From: Thermodesulfobacteriota bacterium
Lineage (GTDB): Bacteria; Desulfobacterota; Desulfobulbia; Desulfobulbales; SURF-16
Assembly (NCBI GenBank): GCA_040755455.1
Contig: JBFMAY010000002.1
Coordinates: forward strand, 151,556-215,555
Direction of reading: 5' to 3'
Length of the DNA: 64,000 nt
Of this stretch, positions 59,959 to 64,000 are shown piece after piece. Below the pieces are notes generated by a model. It saw nothing but the letters and a program-made list of their open reading frames with translations, was not told the DNA's origin and ran no database searches. The stretch's first letter is position 1, and every line of letters begins with the position of its first letter. Position numbers and translations under genes: made by a program.

Positions 59959-60783
59959 TTATGACCGTTTCTTGACGATATCCTTATCAGATGACTTCCT
60001 CTTCCTCGTTTTATATCCCTTTGTCGGAATACCCCAAGGTGTACAAGGATGACGCCCACCTGAACTTTTACCTTCACCGCCGCCCATGGGATGATCATGT
60101 GGATTCATGGCAACACCACGAACCTTCGGCCTGTTGCCTTTCCAGCGATTACGTCCTGCTTTGCCGGTTTTTTCGCTCTCATGTTCAATATTACCGATCT
60201 GTCCGATACAGGCGCGGCACTGGCGATGAAACCGACGAACTTCACCGGATGGCAATTTAACAAGAACATGTTCGCCCTCTTTAGCCATCAGCTGTGCTGC
60301 GGCGCCGGCACTGCGCACCATCTGTGCGCCTTTCCCGATACGCATTTCAACGTTATGGATAATACTGCCAAGAGGAATATTGGCCATAGGAAGGCAATTG
60401 CCAACCTTGATATCAACTTTTTCCCCGGTCTCAACGATATCACCAACCTTGATGCCCAAAGGTGAAAGAATGTATCTCTTCTCTCCATCAGCATAGAAGA
60501 GCAGAGCGATATTGGCTGACCGGTTCGGGTCATATTCAATTGCGGCTACCTTAGCAGGAATATTTTCCTTATCCCTCTTAAAATCGATTATCCTATATTT
60601 ACGTTTATGGCCTCCACCTATATGCCTGGCAGTAATGCGTCCATAATTATTACGTCCACCAGATTTTTGCAGCGGTTGCACCAAACCTTTTTCAGGCCCG
60701 GTTTTTGACAATTCCGGATTGACAATCGAAACATAGTTTCTTCTACCCGGCGATGTCGGTTTATAGGTCTTCATTGTTGCCAT
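59959..60783 (-). CDS. rplB: 50S ribosomal protein L2
   Basis: [25 protein letters not shown]. Confidence 0.98.
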   Translation of the reverse strand: MATMKTYKPTSPGRRNYVSIVNPELSKTGPEKGLVQPLQKSGGRNNYGRITARHIGGGHKRKYRIIDFKRDKENIPAKVAAIEYDPNRSANIALLFYADGEKRYILSPLGIKVGDIVETGEKVDIKVGNCLPMANIPLGSIIHNVEMRIGKGAQMVRSAGAAAQLMAKEGEHVLVKLPSGEVRRFHRQCRACIGQIGNIEHESEKTGKAGRNRWKGNRPKVRGVAMNPHDHPMGGGEGKSSGGRHPCTPWGIPTKGYKTRKRKSSDKDIVKKRS

Positions 60784-60828
60784 TTCTTACCCCGATTATT
60801 TAATTATACGATAAGCAGTAAAGCAAGA

Positions 60829-61119
60829 TTACAGCTGTTCAAGAAAATCAATCTTATGCCCTTCAGCCAGGGTGATAACAGCTTTCTTCCAATCTGGACG
60901 TTGCCCAAAATGGGTGCCGACACGTTTCTTCTTTCCATGCATGTTCGCAGTTTGAACTTTATCAACCTTCACGTTAAAAAGATGCTCAACAGCATTTTTG
61001 ATCTGAATCTTGTTTGCCTTTGAATTCACCTTCATCACAACCTGATTGTTCTCTTCCTGCAAAATCATGCCCTTTTCAGTAAGGCACGGCTTCTTTATGA
61101 TATTGTAGATATCGATCAT
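60829..61119 (-). CDS. rplW: 50S ribosomal protein L23
   Basis: P.LTEK, ANK.QIK.AVE, WKKA. Confidence 0.97.
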   Translation of the reverse strand: MIDIYNIIKKPCLTEKGMILQEENNQVVMKVNSKANKIQIKNAVEHLFNVKVDKVQTANMHGKKKRVGTHFGQRPDWKKAVITLAEGHKIDFLEQL

Positions 61120-61739
61120 GAAAGCAACCTCTTCTCAAGCTGGCCAATGCAAGACTGGAGTAATATTATGTTTTTATGCAGAAGCACATCATAAACATTC
61201 ACTCCTGCCGTGGGAATAACCTTGTAGCCGACCGCGTTCCGTGATGATTTTTCCAGCTTTTCATCATTTTCAGGAATAACGATAAGTGCGTTGTCAAGAT
61301 TGAGGGTTCCCATTACACTGACGAAATTTTTCGTCTTGATTTCATCCATAGCAAAACTATCCAGAACAACCAGCCGGTTTTCTGAAAACCGCGAGCTCAG
61401 AGCCATTCTCAGCCCCAGGCGGCGCACCTTCTTGGACAATTTAATACTGTAGCTGCGGGGCTTGGGACCAAAAACCGTACCGCCACCACGCCAAACCGGT
61501 GACCGTTTGCTGCCTGACCGCGCACGTCCGGTCCCTTTCTGGCGCCAGGGTTTTGCCTTGCTGCCGTGAACCTCTGCCCGAGTCTTGGTGCATGCATTGC
61601 CAGAACGCCTGTTTGCCAGCTGCATCTTGACTATATCGTGAAGAAGGTAAGGTTTTACTTCGACGCCGAACAGCTCGTCATTAAGCTCGACTTCACCCAC
61701 TTTCTCATTCTTTATGTTGACTATGCCTGTTACTGCCAT
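61116..61739 (-). CDS. rplD: 50S ribosomal protein L4
   Basis: [24 protein letters not shown]. Confidence 0.98.
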   Translation of the reverse strand: MAVTGIVNIKNEKVGEVELNDELFGVEVKPYLLHDIVKMQLANRRSGNACTKTRAEVHGSKAKPWRQKGTGRARSGSKRSPVWRGGGTVFGPKPRSYSIKLSKKVRRLGLRMALSSRFSENRLVVLDSFAMDEIKTKNFVSVMGTLNLDNALIVIPENDEKLEKSSRNAVGYKVIPTAGVNVYDVLLHKNIILLQSCIGQLEKRLLS

Positions 61740-61760
61740 TTTCCGGCACCTCTTTATCTT

Positions 61761-62390
61761 TTACTTTGTAAAAATCTGAAGCAATTCGTTTGTCGTGCCA
61801 GGCAGGGATCCCTTGATAACCATGACATTATCAGCATCACGAATATCAATGATTGTCACATTCTTTTTGGTGACAAGATTGTTGCCCATCCGGCCAGGCA
61901 GCTTTTTGCCTTTCACAACCTTACTGGGCCAGGCACTGCATCCGATTGATCCAGGTGCACGATGAAACATTGAACCATGTGTCTTGCGGCCGCCCTTGAA
62001 TCCATGGCGTCGCACGACACCCTGAAAACCCCGGCCCTTGACGTGTCCAGACACATCGATGATATCGCCGACCTTGAAAAGATCACTGATAACGATTTGC
62101 TGGCCAAGTTCGAATTTCTCAGGATCATCTACCCGGAATTCCTTAATATGATAAAAGCCACCTTTCCCGGCACCATTGAAATGGCCCATCATGGGCTTGT
62201 TGATGCGAGATTCCTTTTTTGCATCGAAACCAATCTGGATGGCATTGTATCCCTCTTTGCTTTCCGTCTTTTTCTGCAGAACAACACAAGGACCTGCCTC
62301 AACCACAGTTACTCCCACTGCATCACCGCCCTCTGTGTAGATGCGGGTCATCCCAATCTTTTTTCCTAATATACCAAGTGTCCTAGGCAT
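61761..62390 (-). CDS. rplC: 50S ribosomal protein L3
   Basis: GKKIGMT, KGRGFQG, THGS..HRAPGSIG. Confidence 0.98.
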   Translation of the reverse strand: MPRTLGILGKKIGMTRIYTEGGDAVGVTVVEAGPCVVLQKKTESKEGYNAIQIGFDAKKESRINKPMMGHFNGAGKGGFYHIKEFRVDDPEKFELGQQIVISDLFKVGDIIDVSGHVKGRGFQGVVRRHGFKGGRKTHGSMFHRAPGSIGCSAWPSKVVKGKKLPGRMGNNLVTKKNVTIIDIRDADNVMVIKGSLPGTTNELLQIFTK

Positions 62391-62487
62391 GATTCTTATC
62401 CTTGTTATTTTTCAGAAAAACAGGCGATAATATCATTATCAACATGATTTCCTGTTTGCCTTATCCATTCAAATCAAAGATGTTAAA

Positions 62488-62799
62488 TTAAAGCTTGATT
62501 TCCACATCAACACCGGCAGAAAGTTCAAGCTTCATCAAGGCGTCGATTGTCTGCTGGGTTGGTTCGAGTATATCAAGCAATCTACGATGAGTGCGCATCT
62601 CAAACTCCTCACGTGATTTCTTATCAACATGCGGTGAGCGCAGGACACAAAACTTGTTGACAGATGTGGGCAATGGAATCGGGCCCGCAATAATTGCCCC
62701 CGTTCTCTTTGCCGTATCTACTATCTCATGGGTAGATTGATCTAATAGTTTATGATCATAGCCTTTCAGCCTGATACGGATTTTCTGTGTTTGTATCAT
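62488..62799 (-). CDS. rpsJ: 30S ribosomal protein S10
   Basis: [25 protein letters not shown]; start 62799. Confidence 0.98.
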   Translation of the reverse strand: MIQTQKIRIRLKGYDHKLLDQSTHEIVDTAKRTGAIIAGPIPLPTSVNKFCVLRSPHVDKKSREEFEMRTHRRLLDILEPTQQTIDALMKLELSAGVDVEIKL

Positions 62800-62809
62800 G
62801 CTCATTCCC

Positions 62810-64000
62810 TTATTCCAAAATCTCGTTAATGACACCGGCACCTACTGTGCGTCCGCCCTCGCGGATCGCAAAGCGCAGTCCAACTTCCATCGCTATCGGC
62901 GTGATCAGCACTCCCTCTATGGTGACGTTGTCGCCTGGCATTACCATCTCCACTCCCTCGGGAAGCGTCACTACTCCCGTAACGTCCGTGGTCCGGAAAT
63001 AAAACTGCGGCCGATATCCATTAAAGAACGGCGTATGACGGCCGCCCTCCTCCTTGCTTAATATGTAGCATTCCGCCTTGAACTTCACATGCGGCGTGAT
63101 GCTCCCCGGCGCTGCCAGTACCTGTCCGCGCTCTATCTCGTCACGCTTGGTGCCGCGCAGAAGGATACCAACGTTGTCGCCCGCCTGCCCCTGATCCAGG
63201 ATCTTCCGGAACATCTCTACGCCGGTTACCGTCGTCTTCTGGGTGTCGCGGATACCTACTATCGCTACCTCTTCGCCAACCTTGATCTTGCCACGCTCTA
63301 CCCTGCCCGTGGCTACCGTGCCGCGGCCGGAAATGGAAAATACGTCCTCAACCGGCATCAGGAAGGGTTTGTCAATATCGCGCTTCGGCTCAGGTATAAA
63401 GTCATCCACCGCAGCCATCAGATCCCAGATGCATTTGGCCGCCGCCTCATCCGTCGGATTCTCCAAGGCCTTCAGGGCACTGCCCTGGATGATCGGAGTG
63501 TCATCGCCGGGAAATTCATATTTGCTCAGCAGCTCCCGCAGCTCCATGTCCACCAGCTCGATGAGTTCCGGATCGTCTACCATATCGCATTTGTTCAGAA
63601 ACACGACAATAGCCGGTACGCCTACCTGCCGGGCCAGCAGGATATGCTCTCTGGTCTGGGGCATGGGGCCGTCATCGGCGCCAACCACCAGGATCGCGCC
63701 GTCCATCTGCGCTGCACCGGTGATCATGTTCTTGATATAGTCGGCATGTCCGGGGCAGTCCACATGGGCATAGTGTCGTTTCTTCGACTCATACTCCACA
63801 TGCGCGGTGGCGATGGTGATGCCGCGTTCCTTCTCTTCCGGGGCCTTGTCGATCTCGCTGAAGTCTGTCTTCTTTGCCAATCCTTTGGTGGCCAGAACCT
63901 GGGTGATTGCCGCTGTCAAGGTGGTCTTGCCGTGGTCTATATGACCTATTGTTCCAATATTTACATGGGGTTTAGTGCGTTCAAACTTTTCCTTTGCCAT
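62810..64000 (-). CDS. tuf: Elongation factor Tu
   Basis: [39 protein letters not shown]. Confidence 0.99.
   Translation of the reverse strand: MAKEKFERTKPHVNIGTIGHIDHGKTTLTAAITQVLATKGLAKKTDFSEIDKAPEEKERGITIATAHVEYESKKRHYAHVDCPGHADYIKNMITGAAQMDGAILVVGADDGPMPQTREHILLARQVGVPAIVVFLNKCDMVDDPELIELVDMELRELLSKYEFPGDDTPIIQGSALKALENPTDEAAAKCIWDLMAAVDDFIPEPKRDIDKPFLMPVEDVFSISGRGTVATGRVERGKIKVGEEVAIVGIRDTQKTTVTGVEMFRKILDQGQAGDNVGILLRGTKRDEIERGQVLAAPGSITPHVKFKAECYILSKEEGGRHTPFFNGYRPQFYFRTTDVTGVVTLPEGVEMVMPGDNVTIEGVLITPIAMEVGLRFAIREGGRTVGAGVINEILE

Overview
A 64-kb chromosomal window from an anaerobic Gram-negative bacterium, probably Desulfobacterota (deltaproteobacterium); the taxonomy is inferred from gene content and protein style. 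The left ~46 kb is GC-rich and holds housekeeping and accessory genes: a partial SpmAB gene, an orphan FlaG-like gene, mntP, a PA2779/PA2778 C39-peptidase pair and ihfA. A co-oriented signalling block follows: DisA_N/diadenylate-cyclase-like protein, two Tat-exported solute-binding proteins with no transporter, a Cache/PAS hybrid kinase and a RelA/SpoT-type HD hydrolase. Next come a 604-aa protein with FabK/FabX/nitronate-monooxygenase-type motifs, a Gtr-like glycosylation cassette, and a LolA-like/ABC/beta-barrel export operon. That operon contains a frameshifted RAYT transposase relic (not in the ORF track) and a 10 x 8-bp array between a Shine-Dalgarno and its start codon. Then thiF-thiS-thiG-thiH plus a transformylase-only PurH, divergent from iorAB-paaK-ACT-livKHMGF-paaK. 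The right ~17 kb is a cold-shock gene and the complete tuf-S10-spc-alpha ribosomal superoperon (minus strand), which is much more AT-rich than its neighbours. No rRNA, tRNA or CRISPR array was recognised. All family calls come from motif recognition by eye; no database searches were run.
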